Below the pieces are notes generated by a model that ran no database searches, was not told the DNA's origin, and saw only the letters and a program-made list of their open reading frames with translations. Shown piece after piece: positions 40,217 through 51,072 of a stretch of 64,000 bases of DNA; the first letter of the stretch is position 1, and each line of letters starts with the position of its first letter. Made by a program: the position numbers and the translations under genes. Source of the DNA: Geosiphon pyriformis uo1 (lineage: Eukaryota > Fungi > Glomeromycota); the NCBI GenBank assembly GCA_016748015.1, contig JAAOMT010000617.1:814635-878634 (forward strand). The letters run 5' to 3'.

Positions 40217-40862
40217 AATATTGAGCTCTATCAAGATCTCCTAAATCTCCTAAATCTCCTAACTCTAATTTTTTGTTGTTGAGTATTTTTTGAACTTCTC
40301 TTTCGAAAATTATTTGAGTTATCTGGTTCTGCAATTCTTCAAATTGGGTGTTGGTTATTTTTTCCATTTGGTTAATTGTAAATGGAGTCCAATTCTGGAT
40401 TGAGTAAGATTTCCAGTCTGTCTTAAAATTCCATATGTAGCTGATAGATGGCTCTTGCTTGTGTGGTCAAATTGTTCTTTCCCATAAATTGTTCTAGTTG
40501 TTGCAGTATTGTTGTGTTGAATAATTGTTTTGTTTTATCCATGTATAGTTCTGAATGTTCAAGTGTTGTTCCAAGTGGAAGTAATAGAAGTTTTTTGGAA
40601 ATTCATGTATCCACTATTTTCATGTTTCTTTGGTCAACTCTTGATATGTGGTAACACTTGTTGGTTCCTTAATTGCTAATTTTATTTTTAGAACCATTTT
40701 GTTGATGGTGTTTTCTGTTTTTTTTTTACTTTTGTATTTGGGTATCTTTCTGGTATTTCGGTATTGAATGGTTTGTTGATTAATAGTAATTTTCATATTC
40801 TGTTGTTGAATCAATTGGAATAGTTGTTGTGCTAGTAAGTGGATGTTATTGGTAATCTCCAT
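40215..40862 (-). pseudogene. gypsy B ORF3 (unknown protein)
   Basis: MEITNNIHLLAQQLFQ...ELTKET*K*W...DRAQY*; two compensating frameshifts relative to copy C. Confidence 0.75.
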
Positions 40863-40923
40863 TTTTCTGATATCTTTTGTCACATCTACTATGTCTTTAT
40901 ATATTCTTTTTGGTCGATCACTT

Positions 40924-42300
40924 TTACGTGTTTGTGTTGATAATAATGATTGGTTCTAAATCTTGTGGAATCTCATCTGGTCAGACTAATAGTCTCTGTA
41001 CTTCCAATTGTGAAATGTTACTAGTAGATGGTAACACTATATTGTGGTATAGTTTCAGTCAATTTCCATGTGCTGCTTTTGTCAAAATTTTGCTGTCCAA
41101 TCTTAATTTATAAGCTCTATTTCTTAGAATTTCTTCTATGTAAAATGGTTTGTCCTATTTGGGATCAAATTTTCCATTTCATTGTTTTTCCACTTTGGTA
41201 CGATGTAATAGTACTTTGTCTCCAATTTTGAATTCAACTGGTTTTCTTGGTAGTTGGTTATCATGTCTTTTTTTCTGTTTCTCTTGTGACTTTTGTATGT
41301 TGTCAGCTGCTTTTTGCCATTTGTTTTCTAGAGTTTTCATTAAGTTATATGTCCTTCTTAACAATGTTTCTTGGAAATTCTCTTCCATTATTGGTTTTGT
41401 TGAGTACATGTTTACTTCTATCTCAACTGGTAATGTTGCTGTCCTACCATATACTAATTTAAATGATGTTGCTTGTGTAGTATCTTGCTTTATTGTCCAA
41501 TAAGCAAATAATACTGATGGTATAAACAAATTCCATTTGTTCTGGTTTTTTTGGCTGATTTTGGCGATTGCTTCACATAATGTTCTGTTGAATCTTTCGA
41601 CTAGTTCATTGGTTTGTAAATGATATAATAATGATAATGGTCTTTTAATTCCGAATCTCTGGCTTAATTCTGCCAATGTTTTATTTACAAAGTGAGTTCC
41701 TTAATCTAATAATAATTTTTTTGGACATCTATGTCAACAAATCAAATCTTGATGAACAAATTCAGCAATGGATTCTACATCTGCTCTTTGAATGGCTTTT
41801 GTTTCTGGTCATTTTGTGAGATAGTCCATAGCTACTGCAATATATCTGTTGCCTTTGCTGGTAATTGTTAATGGTCTGACTAAGTCAATTCCAATGTGAT
41901 TGAATGGTTGTCCTACTTTGATCGGTCTTATTGGTTTACTGGGTTTTGTTCCACCTCTTTTTTGACAAGCATTACAACTTTGAACATATTGGATGATGTC
42001 TGGATACATTGATGGCCAATAATATCTTTTTCTGGCTCTTTCTATGGTTGTTTTTTTATGAAAATGTCCTGCTGTTGGATCTGAGTGCATGTTAAACAAT
42101 ATTGTTTCTTTTTTTGATTCTGTAATTACTCTGGTTGGTTGGTCTGGATTTCTTCTGTTTTTTCAGTAAAGTATATTTTGATAATTAATGAAATATTTTG
42201 ATTGCTGTTTTATGTTGTTTTGTTCTTTTTGAAATAATTTTTCCTTGAACAATTGAGTATTTATATAATACTGAAGTTGTTGGTATTTTTGTGTGTTTAT
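40924..42300 (-). pseudogene. gypsy B integrase, stand-alone ORF
   Basis: H(SDPTAG)H...CNAC zinc-binding motif, IGIDL, DYLTK, ERFNRTL, GPY/F-type C-terminus, no chromodomain. Confidence 0.92.
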
Positions 42301-42330
42301 CTTTTGTTATATTTTTGGGTTGAAATGTTT

Positions 42331-45300
42331 TTAGATTTGTCTTATTTGCGACAATCTGTCAGCATTTCTATTGTCTTTTCCTTTTTTATAATATATTGTA
42401 TAATTGAATAATAAAAGTTCTATTTTCTATCTAGCATGATGATTATCTGCAAATTTTTGTTTCTGGATTGAAGTCAATCTTTTGTGACCCATATATATTT
42501 TAAACTTTTGGCTTAAGTATTCTCTTTATTTGATGACAGCCCAATAGATTGCTAAGTGTTCCAATGCTGGAGTTCCATAGTTCTTTTCTGCTGGGCTTAA
42601 ACTTCTACTGGCATAAGCTACTAAATGCTCTTTTTCATCGGATTTTTTCTGTGATAGTACTGCTTCCAATGCTTGACCTGATGCATTAGTAATAATAATA
42701 AATGGTTTGTTGTAATTTAGATACATCAATATTGGAGCTTGGATAAGCTTTCTTCTCAATGTGTTAAATGCTTTTTGTTGAGCTTCTGTCTATTCATACT
42801 TCACATTCTTGGTTTGTAGATGGTGAAGTGGTTGAGCCAGTTTAGAAAAGTTCTTGATAAAGTGGTAATAATAGCCTATGAATTTCAAAAATGCCCTTAG
42901 TTCTGACAAGTTGGTTGGTACTGGAAAGTTCTTAACTACTTCAATCTTGTCTGGATCTGTTTTGATTCCATTTTTGCTTACCACATGTCCCAAAAACTTG
43001 AGTTCAGTTTTTCTAAAGAAACATTTGGTTGCATTTAGTTTTAATCCAGCTCTTCTTAACCTTTTGAATACTTATTGAAGATGATGCAAATAATCATCGA
43101 ATGTTTTTGAAAACACATTGGTGTCATCTAAGTATACAACTACTGATTTCCATAGTAATCTAGTATAGACAATTTCCATGAGCTGTTGGAATGTTGCTGA
43201 AGCATTCATCAAGCCAAATAGCATAACTTTAAACTCAAAATTTTCTTCTCTTATAGTGAATGCTGTTTTTTCTTTGTCGGCTGGATCCATGGCTACTTAC
43301 CAGTAACCACTATCTAAGTCCAGTATTAAGAACCATTTATTTTCTTCAAAAGCATTGAATAGTTCTTGGATCTTTGGCATTGGATAGCTATCATCTTTTG
43401 TTACTTCATTTAGTTTCCAATAGTCTATACAAAAACAAATTTTTCCATTCTTCTTGTGAACTAGTACTACTGATGACAACCATGAACTCATTGATGACTG
43501 AATTAGCTTGTTGTTAAGCATCTGGTTGATTTCTTGACAAATGATCTCATGGCTAGCTGGTGGTACTCTGTATGCTCTTTGTTTAATTGGCATTGTATCT
43601 CTAGTCTTAATTTGATGCTGGATAATGTTGATTTGGCCAAATTCATTTTTGCTAGCAAAAATGTCATTGAAATTGTTGAGTAACATCTTGAGTTGCATCT
43701 GTTAAAGTGGATCTAGATTCCCCATGTTTATCTGTTCCAATTGTTCTGGTTAGAGCAGATAACATTTACTTCGTCTGTAGATAGTTTGTGATGTAATGTC
43801 TACATATCCACAAAGCTATGGAAAATCTGAAATGTTTGGTGGTTGATCCTCAACTTCAGTGGTCAAATATTCAATAATAGTTCCCTTTGGTATTTCAATG
43901 ACACTTCCAGTTGTGTTGTAGATGAGAATTTTGATGTTTTTGGGGCTTTTGGCTGATATGTAGAGATTAGTGAGTCCAATTCTCCCTGATTCACAAATGG
44001 TGGCTTCTGTTTCAAACAACTGAGTCTGATTCTTTACTTCTCTTTTTATATATAACATATACTGGTCATATGGTGGAATGGAAATTGATTGATGAGTTGA
44101 GATAATTTCTTTTTTGTCAATAACCTTTTCCTTCATCATATTAACTAGTATGTTTATTCTACCCATTGATCTGAATTCCTGTATTCCTTTAGCAGTAATT
44201 CCTAATTTTTTTCTGTTTTCCATTGATACTAACTGAGCTATTTTAACCAAGGGTAAAAATATTACCTGTGCTATCTTTTCATTTAGCTCTATAATATAGG
44301 CCTTTTCTGAGTCATTTTGTAGCATTGTGATAATATTTCCTACATATTCCGCATCAATTATTCCTCCTCTGATGTTTATCCCTCTTTTTGCTAGACTACT
44401 CCTAGATGTTAACTGAACCATGATAGTAGCTGGGATTTCCATCGCTACTTTCAAATCAATGCATGTACATGAATGTGGTTTCAGTTTGATGGTCTTTTTT
44501 CCAGGATATCTTAGGTCAAACCCTGTATCAGTATTATGTGCACATTTTAGCATAATCCTTTTCTCATTATTGCTGAACCATTTCAAGATCTGTTCCTTGG
44601 TGAGATCAGAGAGTGTGATATATATTTCTGGGTTTGAATTGGAATCCAAATCACTGTTATTTTTGTTGCCAATTTGAATGGAGCTGGAACCAGTGTTTTT
44701 GTCATCATCATTGTCAGAGTTTGAATCGGAATCGAAAACTGATTCTGATTCTAATATGCAGCTGCTGATTGGTTCTTTTTCTTCTGGGATTGTGTAGATC
44801 ATACATGATGGTGGATTGTAAATAAGGTTGCACTCATTACAATATTCAAAGTTACTTAGAATTAAACAATGGCAGCACAATCTGGTGTTTAATTGTTCTA
44901 GCCATTGTTCTTGCTCTTCTCTGGTGGATGCCAAACGTTGGTAGTGTTCATGAAATTCTTCTAGTTCCAATAGGTTTATGACTGGTTCTGAGTCCCAGTC
45001 AAGTTCTATTGGTTCTGGTGGGTTGTTTTTAATTTCTCTGATCTCCTCGGGTAATGCTCCTTCTATTTTAGCAAGTGCCATTTGCCAGATCTTGTTGTTG
45101 TTGTGTAGACAACTGTCCAGATGTCTCACAGCTCTTCTCCAAGCGACTTCTATTGGTGTTCTTTTCTTAACCCAATTGCTAATTAGAATCATGTATTGAC
45201 ACAATTTGTCACACATTTCTTTTTGTTCTGAAATGTTATTCCATATTCTTTCGTCCAAGAGAGTTTTTCCACAAATAAGACAAGGTTGGTTGTCTCATTT

Positions 45301-48039
45301 TCTTTGCCTTTTTGGTCATCCAAAACATACTACAATACATGAATGACAATAGAATTTAGCTGCAGTTGGGTATTCCTTGTTGTCACCATAGCATGTGCCC
45401 ATTGATGACAGTTTTTTGCCACAATTGATGCATATAAGCTTTGGTTGACAATAGTTGATTGGTTGTGGTGGTAGGTGAATATAAGTAGTGTAGGTGTCTG
45501 TGGATGTTGATTCTTCTTCTTTTGCCTTTCTCTTCTCTTTCTTATTTTTATTCTTTTGCCATTCCTAATTTATCACTTCCTTTTGGTCTTCATTGGTTTC
45601 CCAGTTGTTGTTGATGTCCCAGGTAAGTTTGGTTTCTTTTTGTTTCTCTTTTTCTTGGTCATTTCATGATAGTATTGGTGGCAGTTTGTTGTGATTTTTA
45701 TCGGCCCACGAGACTTGGTAGGCTTCCCAGGTAGGTTTTTTTTTCTTTTCTTCAAACTCAATTAGGGGTGTTGTTGGGTTAGTGTCTTGAAGTAGCCACA
45801 TGTGGCTGGTACCTGTATGTGTCAACTGTTCTAACTAAAAGCCAGTTTTTGAGTCGTCCAGTCAAGTACAGCATTGGTTTTGGACAACCAGTCATTGCCA
45901 ATGAGTGCCTGATATTGTGTTGCTTCCATCATGAGAACTTTGATGGGCATGATAATGCCATTGATTTCAATCAGTAAATCATCAATTTCACTGATTGGAA
46001 TTTTGGTTGCTCTATTAGCTGTGATGATACATCCACTGGCAGCTCAATCAACTTGGTGACCTAATTGGTCCATAAGTTGTTTTGTGATAATGCTGTCAGC
46101 TGATCTACTATCTAATATCAGTTTGATGAACTGACTATCAACTTTGACATCTGTGTACATGGCAGTAATGGGTTTTTTTTGAGGGTGGCTCTGCTAAATA
46201 AAAGAGTTACTAATGGTTTTTCAAGTTCAAATGGGAAGATCATGGCTAATGATTCATTGTGAGAAATAGTTGCAGATGGAATGTTGTTGGTAAGTGTTCT
46301 TTGGTTGGTTTTCTGTGTACTGAATGCAGCATCTTCTGGGCTAACCAAAGACTTAAGTAGTTCTAGAAACTCGGGTTTTGGTTATACCCAGTTTCTAAAT
46401 TCTGCTGACATGATCTTGATAGTTGATTTGATAAACTGAAAATCAGTTGGTAAACTACTATCACCGATCTCCAGTTTTGGGTTACTTTAGATCTGGGGTT
46501 TCCTGATGTTATTTGAGCTGGGTTGGATGGCGGTGTTTAAATTACAGGTGTCTGATAAATTATTTGTGGCTGCAGTGGTTGATACATTACCAGTGGCTGT
46601 AGTTGATAGACTGGAAGTTAATATATTGGCTGTTGCATCATCGACAGATAAGTCAGTTGATATGGTACTGGGTTGGATTGGTAATTTGGAGTTGGGAACT
46701 GGCAATCAGGATTTTGATATTGATTTCCCAATCATTGGTTATCTATTCTTAATCTACAGTCAATCTTTAAATGCTTTTGTTTACCACAGTAGTGGCAAAC
46801 ACACATCTTCTGCTGCTACTGCTGATTGGTCAAAGATAATGGGCATGACTGATTCTAGAAACAATTTGCATTTCCTTGATTATTGCATCATTGTGGAGGT
46901 TGATAGATTGTCTGATTGTTAGCTAAGTATTTCTCTAATTTTTGGTTGATGAAATCACTGAATTGTTTCAACTTAGAGTTCAATTCAGATGATCTATTCA
47001 TCACTAGATTGACAACTTGGGCATGATTAGCTTTAAGTTCAACTGCTTCAAAATCTCTGGCATTGGTAACTGCAGCTTGAAGGTCTGCTAAATGTATTAA
47101 ATGTATGCATTGGAGGATGCTACTGTGCAGACCTCTAATAAATTGGTTTAAAATTTGTGGTGCTGTAAAATAGTCAGTCTGAATTGCTTGAATTTGGCAC
47201 AGGTTCCTGTGGAAGCATCTTAGGTAAGTAGTAACTGCTTCATTTTCTTCTTGTTTGATAGTGGTGAAAGTGTTTGCTAGTCAATTAATACTATTATTAT
47301 TGCTGAAGTATTGTAGGAATGCAAGCTTGAATGCATTAAAATCCTGGGGTTTGTTAGCCAAGCTTTGATACCATGAGTAGGCAGTATTTTGGAGAAAATA
47401 GGAAATGGCTTGCATGGCTCTGGCATCATTCCATCCATTGGCTGCAATGGCTTTTTCTATATTGTTTAGTCATACTTGGGCATCATCCTCTTCACTGGTG
47501 AATTTTTCAATTTTGGCAATAGAAGCATATGCCATTGGCACTACAATGTATTATTGTGGCAGTGGAAATGGCTGTTGTAGTTGTTGGGGTGGTTGAAGTG
47601 GCTGCAGTTAAATCAGTTCAATAATCAGTTTAATTGGTAGTTGATTTATGACAATATTTAGAGATAAGTTCAGTTGATTGATTAAATCAGAGTTTAGAAT
47701 ATTCTGATTCTGTGATGTTTGAATATTCAGAGTCTTGATTTCCAGATTTTCTTGATTTGTATTTTTCAGAGTTTGAATGTTTGGGATTTTAACTTCTAGA
47801 TTTTCTGGAATCAGGTTCTGATAAGTAAATTTTTGATCCTCAGATTCTTTTTCTTCTTCTGATTCTGATGTTTCCCATGGATCAGCTATTTCAAAATTTG
47901 GTAGAGGTGGTGGTAATCAAATTCCTGATGGCATTGGTGTTCATGATTGAAATCTTTCAAAATATTTGCCATATGGGCCTAATAATTCTGTTTTTTTTTA
48001 TTTACTTTGAAATGAAAATCATCCAAATGTTAATGTTGC
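42331..48039 (-). pseudogene. gypsy B gag(part)-PR-Cys-rich-dUTPase-RT-RNase H
   Basis: ORF 43816-45258 (Cys-rich + dUTPase), 43072-43290 (VVYLDD), 42526-42759 (RNase H); gag N-terminus at 58272-58745. Confidence 0.92.
44160..44545 (-). pseudogene. dUTPase domain of gypsy B (also ~4590-4975 in A and ~52885-53275 in C)
   Basis: Trimeric dUTPase motifs: TGFDL, SRSSLAKRG, GGIIDAEYVGNI, EKIAQ, (R)GIQGF(G)ST in copy C. Confidence 0.9.
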
Positions 48040-48932
48040 TGTTACAGGTGATTATTTGGGGTCTCAAATCAAATAATAAACTCATAACTTGGTGCTCAAA
48101 GAGCTGTTTGTGTTGGATAGTAATCTGAAAGTTTTGTAGTCTGAAGGTTTTGTTAGAGTTCTTTGTATAATAGACAGAAATTTAATAGTTGTTTTATCTG
48201 TAGCTTCCCAGAATTGCAATTCTGTCAATTCTTCTCTTGGCGTGGTGGCCAGCAATTCTCTGGTAAGTATTCTGTATCTACCATACATGTCCTATCCACT
48301 TACAGAGATTTTTTACCAGGCAATCTTTGATGTCAGTAATTCAGTGCTTTTAATCTTTAATCAGTTAGTGCACAACAACAAAATCAAAAGAAAAAATAAA
48401 GCAAAATAAAAACATAAAGAAAATAAGAAAATAAGAAAATAAGCTAAGACAATATGCAGATTAGTATTTGTCAATAGCCATGATTAAGAGCTATTGTTTT
48501 AGTGTGGTTAAATATCAATTACTATCAACATGGAGTGTTGATAATAAAAAGTAGATTTGGATGGTAAATAATTTATTTATTCAATATTTTGTGAATAGGA
48601 GATTTCTAACTAAAGAATTCTGCTTTTTTCTACTTCTAATGCTACTGCTATATATACATAATTGATGTTTTACAAGATCGCTCACATTTCCAAGCAATGT
48701 GCTATGATTTCTTAAACAATGCTCACATTGCTGAGCAATGTGCTCTAATTTTCTAACATTACAGCACATTGCTAAGCAATGTGCTGTGTTTTTTGACATT
48801 GCTCCATATCGCTGAGCAATGTGCCATAATTTCTGATATTGCTCTATATTGCTGAGCAATGTGCTTACATGCTAAATATTATTCTTTTATTGGTCTGCTA
48901 TTTTCTATATCTATTTTTTTTTATGAGTAACA
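48040..48932 (-). repeat. 3' LTR of gypsy C
   Basis: TGTTAC/GTAACA termini; matches 57374-58267. Confidence 0.95.
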
Positions 48933-48944
48933 TTATCTCCTCTT

Positions 48945-49580
48945 TTAATATTGAGCTCTATCAAAATCTTTGTTTTGAATTAATTCTAATACTTTTTTTT
49001 CAAGTATTGTTTGTTTGACTCTGTTCTTCACATTTTTTACTTGTGTATTGTTCATTCTTCCCTATTGGTTAATGGTTATAATTTCCATGTCAGAGTGTAA
49101 CAGTATTTCTGGATAGTTCTGAAATATGTTGTGTAGTCAATAAATTGTTCTTACATATAGTGTTGAGTTTGTTTTTTTCCCAATAAATTCTTTAATTTGC
49201 TGTATTATATTTTGGTTAAATACTCTCTTAGATTTGTTGATATACAACTTCTGAATATTCAACTTTTGACCTAGCTGGTAGTAACAGTATGATATTAGAA
49301 GTTGTTCTGTCCATTGCTTTTAATTTTCTTTTGTAAGCTCTTCAGTTGGTACCATAGTAGGTATTTTTCCAAAAGTGTTCTTTACTTTTTCTACTACCTT
49401 ATCTGACCAGTTTTTATTGTTCTTTAGTGGTCGCTAATATGGTGTATTCTCTGTCTTTCTTCTGGTGTTTTGATAACAGATAGTTTGGTTATTAATAATA
49501 ATTTCCATATCTAACTGTTGTTGACTTAAGGCTTGAAACAATTGTTAAGCTATTGTGTGAATATGATCTGGTATTTCCAT
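48945..49580 (-). pseudogene. gypsy C ORF3 (unknown, ~211 codons in one frame)
   Basis: MEIPDHIHTIA*QLFQ...YYQLGQKLNIQKLY...RTIY*LHNIFQNYPEILL...DFDRAQY*; five in-frame stops, no frameshift. Confidence 0.8.
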
Positions 49581-49633
49581 TTTTTTGTTGCTTTTGTTAC
49601 GTATATTGTGTCTTTATATATTCTTTTAATTGT

Positions 49634-51011
49634 TCAATTTATCATGTTTGGTGTAATTATTATGATTGGTTTCAGATCTTGTGGAATTTCATCTGGTTGG
49701 ACTATTATTTTCTGTACTCTTAATCATAGAATATTACTGGTAGATAGTGGTGTTATATTGTGGTATAGTTTTAGTTGATTTTCATGTGCTGCTTTGGTCA
49801 AAATTTTGTTGTTCAATCTTAATTTATAAGCTCTATTTCCTAGAATTTCTTCTATGTGAAATGGTCTGTCCCATTTGGAGTCAAATTTTCCACTCCATTG
49901 TTTTTCCACTTTGGTACAATATAGAAGTACTTTGTCTCCAATCTTGAATTCAACTGGTTTGTCTGATAGTTGACTATCATGTCTTTTTTTCTGTTTCTCT
50001 TGTGACTTTTGAATGTTATCAGCTGCTCTTCTTTGTTTGTTTTCCAGTGTTTCCATTAAGTTATATGTCTTTTTCAACAGTGTTTCCTGAAAATTCTCTT
50101 TTGTTATTGGTTCAGTTGGATATGTGTTAACTTCTATCTCAACTGGTATTGTTGCTGTTCTACCATATACTAATTCAAATGGTGTTGCTTGTATAGTATC
50201 TTGCTTTATTGTCTAATATGCAAATAGTACTGATGGTATAAACAAATCCCATTCATTCTGGTTTTTTTAGCTGAGTTTGGCAATTGCTTTACACAATATT
50301 CTATTAAATCTTTCAACTAAACCATTTGTTTGTAGATGATATGGTGATGGGTCTTTTAATTTCGAATCTTTGGCTCAATTCTGCTAGTGTTCTGTTCACA
50401 AAGTGAGTTCCTTGGTCTGATAATAATTCTTTTGGACATCCATGTTGACAAATCAGATCTTGATAAATGAATTCGGCAACGGATTTTGCATCTACTCTTT
50501 GAATTGCTTTTGCTTCTGGCCATTTAGTAAGATAGTCCATGGCTACTGCAATATATCTATTTCCTCTGCTGGTAATTGTTAATGGTCCAATTAAGTCAAT
50601 TCCAATGTGATCAAATGGTTGTCCCACTTTGATTGGTTTCAGTGGTTTACTGGGTTTTGTTCCTTTTCTTCTTTAACAAGAATTACAATTTTGGACATAT
50701 TGAATAATGTCTGAATACATTGATGGCCAATAGTATCTTTTTCTGGTCTTTTCCATGGTTGCTTCTTTGTGGAAATGTTCTGCTGTTGGATCTGAGTGTA
50801 TGTTGAACAGTATTGTTTCTTTCTTTGGTTCTGTAACTACTCTAATTGATTGATCTGAATTTTGTCTATTTTTCTAATAAAGTATGTTTTGGTAAGTGAT
50901 AAAGTATTTTGATTGTTGTTTGATACTATTTTGTTCTGATTGAGATAATTTCTCCTTGAACTGTTGAGTATCTATATAATGTTTGAGTTGTTAGTATTTT
51001 TGTGTGTTTAT
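49634..51011 (-). pseudogene. gypsy C integrase, stand-alone ORF
   Basis: ORFs 50313-50627 (DHIGIDLIGPL...SDQGTHF) and 49724-50077 (KWDRPFHI). Confidence 0.92.
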
Positions 51012-51072
51012 CTTTTGTTATATTTTCGTTGAATTTGGTTTGGTTTTGTTATATTTTTGGGTTGAAATGTTC

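Noticed and set aside
40215-40862. ORF3 as a retroviral env
   Set aside because: Too short, with no signal peptide or transmembrane anchor
44420-44677. Recurrent + strand ORFs opposite dUTPase and integrase (also 4915-5106, 53148-53405, 630-830, 49747-49947)
   Set aside because: Antisense shadows of conserved - strand coding sequence; no independent motifs
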